Shown piece after piece: positions 1 to 10,588 of a stretch of DNA of 64,000 bases (position 1 is its first letter; each line of letters starts with the position of its first letter). Origin of the DNA: Waterburya sp. (GTDB lineage: Bacteria; Cyanobacteriota; Cyanobacteriia; Cyanobacteriales; Xenococcaceae); contig CBDCJV010000002.1 of assembly GCA_965217895.1 (NCBI GenBank), positions 4,384,001 to 4,448,000 on the forward strand. The letters run 5' to 3'. The position numbers were made by a program, and so were the translations under genes. The notes below the pieces were generated by a model. It did no database searches and was not told the DNA's origin. It was given only the letters and a program-made list of their open reading frames with translations.

Positions 1-968
1 TGTCCACAACCTACATGACTACTGACAATAATTGGACAGGACAAACACATTGCCTCATTAACAGCCAAACCCCAGGTTTCACCACGACCATAACTAGGTA
101 AAATAAATAAATCTGCCATAGCATAGGTACGGGACATCATTTGCTGGTTTTGAAAGGGAGCAAAAAAGATGTAAGGATGCTCTGCTGCCTGTTTTTTTAA
201 ATCTGTTTCTAGTTCTCCTCCACCAACAAACAACAAAGAAACATTTTTTAAATTTGCTTGCTTATAAGCTTGAAGTAAGTCGAGAGGACGTTTTTTTTGA
301 TTAAATTTGCCAGCAAATAAAATAACTTGATGATGATCGGCAATACCCAGTTCTTGTTTCCACTTAGTAGCTGCAATTTTGGCAGTATTGGCTGCTTGTA
401 AAAATCTTTTATTATCCACAGCATGAGGAGCAAAAAATAAGTGTTGAGGCTTGACGCTGCGATCGGTAAAATATTCATAGTTAGCTTTGCCGACATATAA
501 AAAAGCAGCAAATCGACTATAAATTAATGATATAAATCTACGTTTAAGATTCTCTTTTAAGCCTTTATTAGACTGTAATCGATGGGAATCGCCTCGGAAG
601 ATTAAAGGGGCTTTACGAGTGTTCCACTGCCAAAGAAAGCGATAAAGACTAGCATAATTATAGCCAATTAGCATTACTGCATCGGGATTATAATCAGCAA
701 TCTTCGATAACAAGCTAGGATTTTTCAGACCTCCAATATTTTTGGTTCCAGGGTTTTTACTTGTATTGGGAATAAATTCATAATCATATCCCTCTAATAA
801 AGGGATATCCCATTTAACAGCTTGTTGAAACTCTTGATCGACTGTCTCAGTTACGCCAAAATTCCACAAATAAAATACTTTTAAATCTATGTCGCTATTT
901 CGGTTTATATAACTAAACCAAGGAGCATAGTATTGAATAGGATGAGAAGTAATAATAGCAAGTTTCAA
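1..968 (-). CDS. GT4 glycosyltransferase, partial (runs off the window start; absent from the ORF track)
   Basis: Manual translation from TTG at 968: MKLAIITSHPIQYYAPWF...ETWGLAVNEAMCLSCPIIVSSHVGCG. Start and end are in the same frame; EX7E motif present. Confidence 0.9.
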   Translation of the reverse strand, partial: MKLAIITSHPIQYYAPWFSYINRNSDIDLKVFYLWNFGVTETVDQEFQQAVKWDIPLLEGYDYEFIPNTSKNPGTKNIGGLKNPSLLSKIADYNPDAVMLIGYNYASLYRFLWQWNTRKAPLIFRGDSHRLQSNKGLKENLKRRFISLIYSRFAAFLYVGKANYEYFTDRSVKPQHLFFAPHAVDNKRFLQAANTAKIAATKWKQELGIADHHQVILFAGKFNQKKRPLDLLQAYKQANLKNVSLLFVGGGELETDLKKQAAEHPYIFFAPFQNQQMMSRTYAMADLFILPSYGRGETWGLAVNEAMCLSCPIIVSSHVGCG

Positions 969-980
969 TTATTATTATCC

Positions 981-2474
981 CTAAATTGATTGATTAATAT
1001 AGTTACCGGAATTAGTCTTCATTAAAAACATTCTTATTCCTAATAAAATGACAAGACTTTGAAAAATTACCGAAACAAAAATACCCATAGTAATCTCACC
1101 TTGGAAAGCTAAAGTCATAAATATTAAAGCTACTAAAAAGCGAAACGATAAGCTAGAAGCATTCATAGACCAGCGAGTAATCCAGCCATATAAATTACCT
1201 AAAAAGACTCCCAAACCTAAGCAACCTATCAACCCAAAATTAGCATAGGCTTCCTGTAGCAATCCCCAGCCAATAGAAGTTGTAAAAGTTTGCTCGTAAA
1301 TCTGTAGTCCATAATGGACGCTCAACATATGATTTGCCTCGGCTCCACGAATTTTATCAGAATTAAGAAATCGAGGTATTAATAGTTGAGGAATAATCGA
1401 ATAAGTTTTGCCCAATAAATAAGGTTTTTGTGTACCTGTTTCAGTTTGAACTTTAAGCAGCATCTGCATGACACTAGAGCGATTAATTAAACTATCTTCA
1501 TTTTCTTTTTTAACAATATTTTGAGCATAAATATAGTTAGTAGGTTTTCGCATTTGTTGAAGCGAACTATCGATCCAATCTTGATATACCTGCACATATT
1601 CTGAGGGTTGAATTCCAGAATTATTAACATTCCAATAATAACCGCGAACAGCTCCTTTTCCAGTATTTAAAAATGCCATAATAAAAAAGCATATCAGTAG
1701 AAAACGCCAGGGTATTTTTTTAGAACCTAACATCCAACCTGTTGCAGCAAATAGTAGATAAAATCCTGATGTATTTATATATAAAGATACCCCCGATACA
1801 AATATTAAAATAGCCATGAGAATTAAGAAAAAATAAACTTGTTTTTTCTTGAGGATTCTCGAACCCATTAAATAACCCAGAATAATTACACCAAAAGTAT
1901 TTAATCCACCTGTAATAACTTTTAGTGCTGACATAATTGAACTTGGTAATATTAGCCCTAAATAACCCGAAGTAGAAGCCATTTGATAAATAATGCCGAT
2001 AATCAAGATGCTAATAAAAAAGGGAAATACTTGCTTTTTGTCAAATTCTTTAAGTCTGGCAGAATTTAGATGAGCCTTTTGAACATAAAACATCCAGGTG
2101 ATAGTTGCCATGGCTAAAAAACCAGCCACTGTTAAAGATGAAATAAAGTGTTCGGCTGGAGTATACTCTTTGACGGCTGGATTATTAGTAATTAAAGGGA
2201 AACTATGAGTAAATAAATAATTGATTGCTAATAAAGGAAACAAAGGCAATCCTTTGGCGCGATCGCAACACCATAAGTAGCTAGGATAAAGTGCTGCTAC
2301 AGCAATTATTAATGCTCCTAAAATACTCAAAAAATCAGCTTTAGCCGTAATAATGATATAAAAACTTATAGCACAGAAAATCCAAAAACCTCTAAGAAAT
2401 AAGTTTTTTTGTCGAGTAGAAAAATTGAGAGAAAATTGTTTTGATTGATTGAATTTTAAGAGTTGAGTAGTCAT
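981..2474 (-). CDS. Polytopic membrane protein, Wzy/O-antigen polymerase-like
   Basis: Many TM segments, a large loop with IPRFL and EAYANFG motifs; located in a polysaccharide cluster. Confidence 0.65.
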   Translation of the reverse strand: MTTQLLKFNQSKQFSLNFSTRQKNLFLRGFWIFCAISFYIIITAKADFLSILGALIIAVAALYPSYLWCCDRAKGLPLFPLLAINYLFTHSFPLITNNPAVKEYTPAEHFISSLTVAGFLAMATITWMFYVQKAHLNSARLKEFDKKQVFPFFISILIIGIIYQMASTSGYLGLILPSSIMSALKVITGGLNTFGVIILGYLMGSRILKKKQVYFFLILMAILIFVSGVSLYINTSGFYLLFAATGWMLGSKKIPWRFLLICFFIMAFLNTGKGAVRGYYWNVNNSGIQPSEYVQVYQDWIDSSLQQMRKPTNYIYAQNIVKKENEDSLINRSSVMQMLLKVQTETGTQKPYLLGKTYSIIPQLLIPRFLNSDKIRGAEANHMLSVHYGLQIYEQTFTTSIGWGLLQEAYANFGLIGCLGLGVFLGNLYGWITRWSMNASSLSFRFLVALIFMTLAFQGEITMGIFVSVIFQSLVILLGIRMFLMKTNSGNYINQSI

Positions 2475-3785
2475 TTATGATAGAGTGCATTGATTAAATA
2501 TTTGGCATAGTTTGTTGGTCATACTTTTGGCTGTGTATGGCTCAAAAGCTGACCAATTAATGTTAGTAGGCGGACTTTCGGCAAACTTAAATAAATGAGT
2601 AATTTTTATTGATAGTTGTTCGATTAAATCTTCTGGCTTATCTTCACTGCTAAATGTCATTATTTCTCCTGCTTTAGTCTGTTGCATAACGTCTATTACT
2701 AAACTTTTTTGATGGAATATGCCTAAGATAGGTTTTTGTGCCAAGATGCAGGGATAAACCTTAGAAGCACTATAATTGGGATCATCAGAGCCGATTAACA
2801 AGATTCCCTGACTGTCTTTAAGAACTTGTAGAGCCTCAAAATAAGGAATTCGTAAGGGGTGTTCTGTAACCAAATCCTTAACTCCACAAGATACTGCCAG
2901 AGGCTCAATGGTTTTGGTTTCTCGTCCTTGAGGCGCGTAGCTAGTTCCCACAAAATGCAATTTTACCGACTGCCAGAGTTGCGGGTTTTGGCGGCGATGA
3001 GCTTGAATAGCCAAAAATAAAGCTTTGAGTGCTTTTGCCATATCTTGACCACCTCGACCAACATAAACCCAATGAATATTGCCATCTTGAGGAGCGAAAA
3101 TACTTTGTTTAATTTCTAAACCTGACAATAATGCAAAATCTGCTTCGGGTGCGCCAAAAGGTAAAACGGTAAACTGCTTCGGCTGTAGCCAAGGATATCT
3201 TTGTCGCAATATTTCGGGATAGGCTGAAGAAACACTTGTCACATGACCAACGTATCTCATTGCTCTAGGTTCTAGCTGACGCGCCATGAATTGAGCCAAG
3301 CCGTACTTTAATCTACCTCCAGGGGGAATTGTACCTTTTCCCTGCTTTTGGTAATAGTCACTCAACCAAGGGTCTTGAAAATCTAATACATAAGGTACTG
3401 CAAACTTTTTAAACCATCTTGCTGCCAATCCCATCGCCAGAAAGACAGTAGTAGAAAAGTAGATTAGATCGAAAGAATTGTCCTGTAATAACTTGTCACC
3501 AGCAGCAGTCAAATAAGGCAAACAACGCCAGCCAAGACTGCTTAAACCAACTATCTTGGTATATTTGACAGGTAAAGCTTTAATATAAGTAACAGATATA
3601 TCTTCAGGTATGGTAGATTGCAAATTGCGATCGCTTACTCCTTGGACGGCTTCTGGCTGTATGGCTATGACATGAGGCTGCCAACCAAATTCTTTGAAAT
3701 AAGGCAAAGCCATTCTAATTCGCTGATGATCAGCAGCATTGATCGGCGGAAAATGAGGACTAATGATGAGAAGCTTACGTTTCAA
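2475..3785 (-). CDS. Glycosyltransferase (GT4-like)
   Basis: SPHFPP N-terminus, DFQDPW, SKVYPC motifs. Confidence 0.8.
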   Translation of the reverse strand: MKRKLLIISPHFPPINAADHQRIRMALPYFKEFGWQPHVIAIQPEAVQGVSDRNLQSTIPEDISVTYIKALPVKYTKIVGLSSLGWRCLPYLTAAGDKLLQDNSFDLIYFSTTVFLAMGLAARWFKKFAVPYVLDFQDPWLSDYYQKQGKGTIPPGGRLKYGLAQFMARQLEPRAMRYVGHVTSVSSAYPEILRQRYPWLQPKQFTVLPFGAPEADFALLSGLEIKQSIFAPQDGNIHWVYVGRGGQDMAKALKALFLAIQAHRRQNPQLWQSVKLHFVGTSYAPQGRETKTIEPLAVSCGVKDLVTEHPLRIPYFEALQVLKDSQGILLIGSDDPNYSASKVYPCILAQKPILGIFHQKSLVIDVMQQTKAGEIMTFSSEDKPEDLIEQLSIKITHLFKFAESPPTNINWSAFEPYTAKSMTNKLCQIFNQCTLS

Positions 3786-3845
3786 TGACTTTTCTTCAAC
3801 TTTACTTCTGTTAATAATAAGGTTGCATTTGATAATCTTGATATT

Positions 3846-4556
3846 TTAAACACCCCAACGTTTGTCTGTTCTGAATCGACTATTACGAGGTACAAAAATA
3901 AAATCAGCTTGCCATAATGCTCGGTCTAAAGGGCGACGGGTTAAACCGCAGATATCATAAGCAACCCAATCGCGATCGTTTAACCAAGTAATTACATCTG
4001 CTATCAACGGCACGTGGCGATGAATATCTAAAAAATTAATTTCTGCCAAAATTACTTGCATCTGAGGTAAGGAATTTTCTGCGCCTTTAAGAACTTCTAG
4101 CTCGTAACCTTGAACATCAAGTTTAAGTAGATCGGGAGGACAATTTTTGAAATACTCTTGAACAATAGAGTCTATGGTCACCATCGAAGAATACTGAATA
4201 GGAAAATCTTGAGTAATGTGTTCAACTAATACTGAAGATGCTGTTTCTGCTGCATGAAGTGCTACTGATTCTTGATTTTTTGCACCTACTAGAGTGGAAA
4301 ATACCTGGATTTGTGACTTAGATGCAGATAAATTGTTTAATTGAATTATTTTATCTTCTAAAGCTTCAAAACAAGAAACTTTAGTGTTTGACCAAATATT
4401 GAGACAACAATTAGCAAATTCACCTTTGTATGCTCCTACATCAAAAATATGAATTGGTTCAAAATCTATTTTTGCCAAACGCTCTATTGCAAAAGGAATT
4501 CCTGGTATTTCTAATCTTTTTGAGAGGTACTTTTTAATTTGCTCTTTGACAACCAT
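3846..4556 (-). CDS. FkbM-family methyltransferase
   Basis: FDVGAYKG, FEA, LLKLDVQGYELEVLKG. Confidence 0.9.
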   Translation of the reverse strand: MVVKEQIKKYLSKRLEIPGIPFAIERLAKIDFEPIHIFDVGAYKGEFANCCLNIWSNTKVSCFEALEDKIIQLNNLSASKSQIQVFSTLVGAKNQESVALHAAETASSVLVEHITQDFPIQYSSMVTIDSIVQEYFKNCPPDLLKLDVQGYELEVLKGAENSLPQMQVILAEINFLDIHRHVPLIADVITWLNDRDWVAYDICGLTRRPLDRALWQADFIFVPRNSRFRTDKRWGV

Positions 4557-4707
4557 AAATTTACCTAATTTTTGTTAACAGCATAAATCTGATTTGGGTA
4601 AAAACCTGAGCAATTAATTCTTTCAAAATACTTTATTTATACAGGCAAATATCAAAAACCGCTAGAAATTTTTCAAATTATCTCTAACTTTTAAAATAGC
4701 AATAATT

Positions 4708-5781
4708 TCAGGTCAGAATAGACTCAGATTTTGAATTGGTCAACGATTTTTGATTGAGTATTTGACAATATAATTTTTCGTAGCGATCTACAATTACCGA
4801 GGCAGAAAAACACTCTTCCACTCTTTGACGACAGTTATGACGGTAAATCCGATCCAGATTGGTTACTGCGTCACAAGCTTCTTGGAGATTATTAATTAAA
4901 TAACCATCGATTCCTTGACGGACAATTTCAGGTAATGCACCTTTGGGTGCAGAAATCACAGGAGTACCACAAGCTAAAGCTTCAGCAAAGACAATACCAA
5001 AGGGTTCTGACCATTCTATCGGCACAATCATTGCTGCTGCTTGTCCTAACATTTGGTTTTTCTCGATATCATCTACAGTCCCTACATATTCGATACCATC
5101 TTTATTTAAATGAGGTACTATTGCTTCTGACCAATACTTACCAGCTTCTCCTGTAGTACTATAGTTGCCAGCAATCAAAAGACGACGACCAGTCTGTTTC
5201 GCTACTTTTATTGCGGTATGCGCACCTTTGATTCTTTCTAGGCGACTCAAAAATACTAAAGGTGCATCGACAGCAACATTAGGCTGAAAAGTATATTTGT
5301 CTAATTCAACGCAATTATGGATGGGATACCATCTCCCAGCAATATTCCTTCCCTGGCGACAGATATATTCGCTACAGCCAGTAAAGGTTAAACCATCTTT
5401 CCCCAATTTACTTGCCCAACCCACTGTACGATTGCTAGGCTGTCTTTGATAAGACATGATTTTTGGCAGAGAAGAATTGAATAACCAGGGAAACAGATAA
5501 AAGATACGCGAAAAACTATGAACTACCTCTGGTTGAAATTCTCGAATAGCTTGCCATAGAGTATAGGTATTCCGCAGCATATCAATCTTATCTTGGGAAT
5601 GCTTACCTTGCCAAGAAAACAGGCGATCGCATTCAGTAGTAGAATCTTGATGAGCTACTAATCCTACTGTATGTCCACGACTTTTTAAGCCTGCAATTAA
5701 TAAATCGATAATTCTTTCAATCCCACCATATAGTTTTGGTGGTACTGGCAATTCTGGATCGGCGGTAAGCAGAATACGCAT
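4708..5781 (-). CDS. GT4 glycosyltransferase
   Basis: PVPPKLYGGIER and EPFGIVFAEALACGTPV. Confidence 0.92.
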   Translation of the reverse strand: MRILLTADPELPVPPKLYGGIERIIDLLIAGLKSRGHTVGLVAHQDSTTECDRLFSWQGKHSQDKIDMLRNTYTLWQAIREFQPEVVHSFSRIFYLFPWLFNSSLPKIMSYQRQPSNRTVGWASKLGKDGLTFTGCSEYICRQGRNIAGRWYPIHNCVELDKYTFQPNVAVDAPLVFLSRLERIKGAHTAIKVAKQTGRRLLIAGNYSTTGEAGKYWSEAIVPHLNKDGIEYVGTVDDIEKNQMLGQAAAMIVPIEWSEPFGIVFAEALACGTPVISAPKGALPEIVRQGIDGYLINNLQEACDAVTNLDRIYRHNCRQRVEECFSASVIVDRYEKLYCQILNQKSLTNSKSESILT

Positions 5782-5793
5782 AGTTAATCTTTT

Positions 5794-6540
5794 TTACTGT
5801 ACTGTTTTGTGGACAAAAAGAGCATTACAAAATCCAAAGTATCTTTTATTTTTTCCCCATCTAAAAATTTCATAAAATCCTGACAAGCTGAAATTATTAG
5901 CTTCAAGAAATTTATTTAATGTTTCAAAATACTGACATTCAGGATTATTCGGCTCAAAACTAATTTCGGCATAAATAAATTTAATTAGATTATTATCTAA
6001 GTAATATTTTGCTCCACTTAACACTTCTAATTCATAACCTTGGACATCTATTTTTAATAGATCTATCTGTTCGATATAATGCTCTTGAGCAAAATTATCG
6101 AGAGCTACTATCTTAATTGTCTCTGTAATTTCAGTATCAGTTCTGGTAGCAACTTTTTCTTTTACTAAGGTATTTAATTGGGAATCCTCACGAAGAACAA
6201 GAAATTGTTCTTCTTCTTTTTTAGCCAAGGCATACTGAAAATTTCTGATATTGTGAAACTTATGAGTTTTGGCTTGTAAAATATTATAAGTATCTTTTAC
6301 AGGCTCAAAAGAAAAGATGGTAGATTGAGGAAAATAGCGATTTAAAAATAGACTAGTTTGCCCTATATTGGCACCCACATCAAAAATAGTCTTGATTTGT
6401 TTTGAATTTGCCATCCTTTGAATGTCATAAGGATAGCTTTTACCGATGGGAACAACTCTTGTCAAAGGCATTAAAGGCGATGATAGAGATGAATGTAGTA
6501 AATTAGATATTAACTTTCCAATGAAATATCGGTAATTCAT
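5794..6540 (-). CDS. FkbM-family methyltransferase
   Basis: IFDVGANIG, SFEP, LLKIDVQGYELEVL. Confidence 0.92.
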   Translation of the reverse strand: MNYRYFIGKLISNLLHSSLSSPLMPLTRVVPIGKSYPYDIQRMANSKQIKTIFDVGANIGQTSLFLNRYFPQSTIFSFEPVKDTYNILQAKTHKFHNIRNFQYALAKKEEEQFLVLREDSQLNTLVKEKVATRTDTEITETIKIVALDNFAQEHYIEQIDLLKIDVQGYELEVLSGAKYYLDNNLIKFIYAEISFEPNNPECQYFETLNKFLEANNFSLSGFYEIFRWGKNKRYFGFCNALFVHKTVQ

Positions 6541-6668
6541 ATAAATAAAATTCCCATTATTTTGCTAATTTACAAAGTAATTTTATTGAATACGATCAAA
6601 AGATTTATAATGAGGATTTCAAGTTTTCATCGTTATAAAAATTCTTCTATAAGATTAAAAAACTTTTT

Positions 6669-7442
6669 TCACTTTTTGGCTTCAAAATACAACGAATAAG
6701 GACGATGTTGTTCTCTATCTATACACTCTTGAGGAAAATCTCCTTTTTTCCATTCGCAACAATCGACAGAAGTAAAACCAGCATTACGCAACTCTAGTTC
6801 TAGGGTTTCTGCATCATAACCACCATAATGCTCCCATCCTTGAACAAAAATATGGTTAAGTGCTTGCATTTTAGTTTTAAAAGCTTTTTCTGGAATATCT
6901 CCACCACAGCCAATATAATTAAACTTTTCCCAACTAGGTTCTAAATAAGCTTTAATATATAGTTCTGCATTAGGCACAATAATTCTTAAAACACCTTTTG
7001 GTTTCAAACAACGGTAGCAGTTTTGCAAAAAATCTGGACGCTCATCTATCGGCTCTAAATGCTCTAAAAAGTGTTCTACGTGTATTCCAGAGCAAGAATT
7101 ATCTGCTAGAGGTAAATTTTTTCTAGCATCTGTTCTCAAAGTGATGTTGGAGTGACTATATAAATCAAGATTAATCCAGTCAGGTTTTCCATAGGGGCCA
7201 CAACCCACATTAACTAGAAGATTATCCCGTTTTTTGAGTTGACCAATTTTAGCTCTATAACCAGGATGTAACTGATGCAGACTACGAATGTACCAGGAAT
7301 TTAGCTCTAATCGAAGATGATTGAATACATGACGATTAATAGGAAGTCTAGAAGTAAGCCAAGAGCCTAGCTTTTGCTTGAATGTTTTTTTTGAAGTAGA
7401 AGGTGGTTTAAAAATTCCTGAATGATCGATTTGAGATGTCAT
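6669..7442 (-). CDS. Class I SAM-dependent methyltransferase
   Basis: VNVGCG, EHFLEHL, LKPKGVLRIIVP. Confidence 0.88.
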   Translation of the reverse strand: MTSQIDHSGIFKPPSTSKKTFKQKLGSWLTSRLPINRHVFNHLRLELNSWYIRSLHQLHPGYRAKIGQLKKRDNLLVNVGCGPYGKPDWINLDLYSHSNITLRTDARKNLPLADNSCSGIHVEHFLEHLEPIDERPDFLQNCYRCLKPKGVLRIIVPNAELYIKAYLEPSWEKFNYIGCGGDIPEKAFKTKMQALNHIFVQGWEHYGGYDAETLELELRNAGFTSVDCCEWKKGDFPQECIDREQHRPYSLYFEAKK

Positions 7443-7464
7443 TTCAAAGCTTTTTCCATAAAAG

Positions 7465-8685
7465 TTAAAAAATATTCACTTGATCGAGTAATACTCTTGC
7501 TTGATGTTCCCAGCAAAGTTGATCGTTAAATATTTTCAGAGCATTATTTTTAGATACCTGTAACTTAGATAAATCTTGTAGCAAGCTTTCTAAAGCATTA
7601 GCAAGAGCTACAGGATTATTACTAGGAATAAGACTACCTACTTGGGGATACTGGGATAAAATTTCTTTTTGACCAAGTGTATCAGTAGCAACTACAGTTA
7701 AGCCTCCTTGTAAATACTGAAATAATTTGTTAGTCACCGTGTAATTACGGCTATTGGTGTCAGTTTGTTCCAAAGCCAAACCAATATCATGTTCGGCAAT
7801 ACGAGATAATAATTCATGATTGGGAACAGTGGGATGAATAAAAATATATTTGCGCCACTGAGAAGGAATCAAAGGTTCTAATGACTTTCTTGAACTTTCA
7901 GAATAATTACCCCGTAAATGGATTTCTACTGGAGTTTGCAGGTGATTTAAAGCAGAAAAAAGAGTTTCTAAGCCTCTTCCTATTCCTATAGTTTGAGAAA
8001 ACCAATGTAGAGAAGGTAAATCCAAATTTTGACGGTCTTGGATTTCCCCATCAATGTATTCTCTTTCTGTTTTAGGGAAGGTATTATAAACTACGGTTGG
8101 CTCAGGGACATCATAAGCTTGAGAAATTGCCTTTGCCATAGCATTAGACGTGGTAAGACAATATTGGCATTCCTTAACTAGGCGAGCTTCATACTTTTTA
8201 AGTTGGGGAATTGATCTAGTCACCCTAGCTTCTGGTAATAAGTCTTCAGAAAACCAATCTTCAAAATCTACTCCTATTCTCAAGCCATCATCTAATAGTT
8301 GATTTGCCACCCACAACCCAACTTCTGAATGAACTATCGTTAGATCTGCACGAATTTGACGTGCCAGCTTGAGCATAGCTTTAGCACCGTAGCCTAACAA
8401 TTCTGGAGCAAAAAGCTGCCATCTTTTATGTTTTTCTTGAGCAATTCTTCCTTTAAGTCTTATCTGCCAATTCTGCCAAGGATGAGAGGGTTGAAAATCA
8501 ACGATAGGTTCAAATCGCCACTGTTTATCTTTCATTAATAGGCGATCGCGCTTTACTAATTCTGGGTCAAACCAAAATCCTCTAACTATTACTTCATGAC
8601 CAGCTTTAGCTAAAGTTTCTGCTTCTTTTTGTGGTCTAGGAGCAGTGCTTAAGTGTGCGCCTATGAGAATCAGAATTTTAGCCAT
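7465..8685 (-). CDS. GT4 glycosyltransferase
   Basis: PRPQKEA N-terminus, GRGLE, TNKLFQYLQGGL. Confidence 0.85.
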   Translation of the reverse strand: MAKILILIGAHLSTAPRPQKEAETLAKAGHEVIVRGFWFDPELVKRDRLLMKDKQWRFEPIVDFQPSHPWQNWQIRLKGRIAQEKHKRWQLFAPELLGYGAKAMLKLARQIRADLTIVHSEVGLWVANQLLDDGLRIGVDFEDWFSEDLLPEARVTRSIPQLKKYEARLVKECQYCLTTSNAMAKAISQAYDVPEPTVVYNTFPKTEREYIDGEIQDRQNLDLPSLHWFSQTIGIGRGLETLFSALNHLQTPVEIHLRGNYSESSRKSLEPLIPSQWRKYIFIHPTVPNHELLSRIAEHDIGLALEQTDTNSRNYTVTNKLFQYLQGGLTVVATDTLGQKEILSQYPQVGSLIPSNNPVALANALESLLQDLSKLQVSKNNALKIFNDQLCWEHQARVLLDQVNIF

Positions 8686-8694
8686 GGTAATTAA

Positions 8695-9669
8695 TTATGC
8701 TGCTTTGAGAATATTCAAATAATTTTGAGCGCACTTTTCTAAGGTTAAGTTCTCTAAAATGTAGTCGCGAGGCGTAAATTTATGGGAATTAAGTAAGTCG
8801 AGAAACTGCGTTAACCGCTCGGAAAATTCCTCAATATTCTGAAATTTAATTCCACAGCGATCGCTCCAATAAGGTACAGAAGTAGCAGCAATATCTGGTT
8901 GTCCCCAGGTGAAGCGATTAGGGTCTAAATATTTACCATTATCCCAAGCCAAAATAGGAACATTGCTAGCTAAACACTCTTGATAAGCTAGCCCCTGACT
9001 TTCATGTTCACACAAAAAGATCATGGCACGACAGCGACTAAGAGCCTCCTGATATTCCCCTGGTTGATAAAAGCCATAACGTAACTCTTGATAACTTAGT
9101 CCACGCTTGGCTAACTCTTCGTATATGGGAACAAGCATTTTGGCAGCTTTGGTTGGGTAGTCCCACCTAATTTTGTTATAGATTAAAAAATCGGTAGATT
9201 TCGCCGACTTAGGACTAGGCTGCCATTTATAGGTATCAATTCCGACTGCCCAAATTTTACAGCGATCGCCAAAATAAGGCTTATAAACTTCATTTGCCCA
9301 TTTTGAATGCTGCAAGTATTTAACGACTGGGTACTGTTGACACAAATCTGACCACTCACTAGGGTGAGTCATTAAACCAATACCCGCCACAATCGGATTA
9401 GTTCGATCGTAGTCCTCTAAACAATGACGATTTCTCCCTAACATTCCTACTAAATCATCTTTTTGTAAATTCTTGAAAGGAAGATTAACCGTATAAGAAA
9501 CGTTTAACTTATCTAATCCCTTGCAGAGATTGATAAATACCTTATCTACTCCACCAGGTCGATGTTTTCCGCGAATTAAACGACGTATCCAAGGGCGAAC
9601 AAAGCGATCGCCTTTGAGCCAGCGATCTCGTTCTGGTTCAAGTTTATAATACAGACAAATGCGACTCAT
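8695..9669 (-). CDS. Glycosyltransferase (GT-B fold); likely start ATG 9669
   Basis: ESQGLAYQECLASNVP (EX7E motif). Confidence 0.8.
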   Translation of the reverse strand: MSRICLYYKLEPERDRWLKGDRFVRPWIRRLIRGKHRPGGVDKVFINLCKGLDKLNVSYTVNLPFKNLQKDDLVGMLGRNRHCLEDYDRTNPIVAGIGLMTHPSEWSDLCQQYPVVKYLQHSKWANEVYKPYFGDRCKIWAVGIDTYKWQPSPKSAKSTDFLIYNKIRWDYPTKAAKMLVPIYEELAKRGLSYQELRYGFYQPGEYQEALSRCRAMIFLCEHESQGLAYQECLASNVPILAWDNGKYLDPNRFTWGQPDIAATSVPYWSDRCGIKFQNIEEFSERLTQFLDLLNSHKFTPRDYILENLTLEKCAQNYLNILKAA

Positions 9670-10588
9670 TAATCTTTCTTTTAACCTCCTCAAATTTTTC
9701 TAAAATATCAGTACGAGACTTTGAGACAAAAGCAATGTTGGCATGATGGACGGGAAAGCTATCAAGCAGACCAAATTTGAAAGCACCGTCAAAGTCAAAA
9801 TTGAAAGCTTGATAATCATATTTTTCTAGATAAGAGCTTAATTCATAGGCTCTTGCCGAAGCTTTACCTGTGCTTGATGGCATATCAGCTTCTAAGACTA
9901 CAACAGGTTTATCTTTAAGAAGAAGATGATGTGCGCCTGTCATAACCAACATTTCTAATCCTTCAACGTCACACTTAATGAAATCCACAGGTTTTTCATA
10001 ACCTTCTAGAATGACATCTAGTGTAGTGACTGGCACTGTATTTGTAGCTGTTGCATCTATAGTATTAATACATTTGTTAAAAGCAGATTCCCAGATAGGT
10101 TTATTTTGTATAGATAGAGTTCCAGTTTTATCAGCTACAGCCTTCTGATAAAGAACAGCTTGAGGATAACGAGCTAAATTTTTACGGGCGAGATTATAAG
10201 CATCTGTGCTGGGTTCAAAACAAAATACATGGCCAGTTGAGCCTACTAGTTTAGCTGCCAGCACAGCTTCATAGCCAAAGTGTGTTCCTATATCCACCAC
10301 AGTTTGACCAGACTTGATTAGCCAAAGCATGAGAGCAGTCAAAGCAACTTCAGAATAGCCAAATGCCAAAATTTGTTGAGAGACAATTTCCCCCGTAATA
10401 ACTCGCATTTTCTCTCCCCAAAACAAGGGAACAGAAAATTCTTGATGCCAACCTAATTTTTGGATTAGTTGTCCTAACCAAACAGATCTGCGTCTCCAAA
10501 AACAAGACCAATCACCTGATTTATTTTGATTCCACCAATATATTAATTCCGCTAAAAGTTCGGGATTTGCGGGAGTAGTTTGATTCAT
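9644..10588 (-). CDS. FkbM-family methyltransferase
   Basis: VVDIGTHFG, CFEP, FIKCDVEGLE. Confidence 0.9.
   Translation of the reverse strand: MNQTTPANPELLAELIYWWNQNKSGDWSCFWRRRSVWLGQLIQKLGWHQEFSVPLFWGEKMRVITGEIVSQQILAFGYSEVALTALMLWLIKSGQTVVDIGTHFGYEAVLAAKLVGSTGHVFCFEPSTDAYNLARKNLARYPQAVLYQKAVADKTGTLSIQNKPIWESAFNKCINTIDATATNTVPVTTLDVILEGYEKPVDFIKCDVEGLEMLVMTGAHHLLLKDKPVVVLEADMPSSTGKASARAYELSSYLEKYDYQAFNFDFDGAFKFGLLDSFPVHHANIAFVSKSRTDILEKFEEVKRKINESHLSVL

Noticed and set aside
248..511. 87-aa ORF and the other short antisense or alternate-frame ORFs (e.g. 4935, 12176, 18604, 27034, 35031, 51965, 60122-63724)
   Set aside because: Shadow ORFs overlapping well-supported genes.
4557..4707. Possible gene remnant ending FYPNQIYAVNKN*
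   Set aside because: Too short and degenerate to assign.
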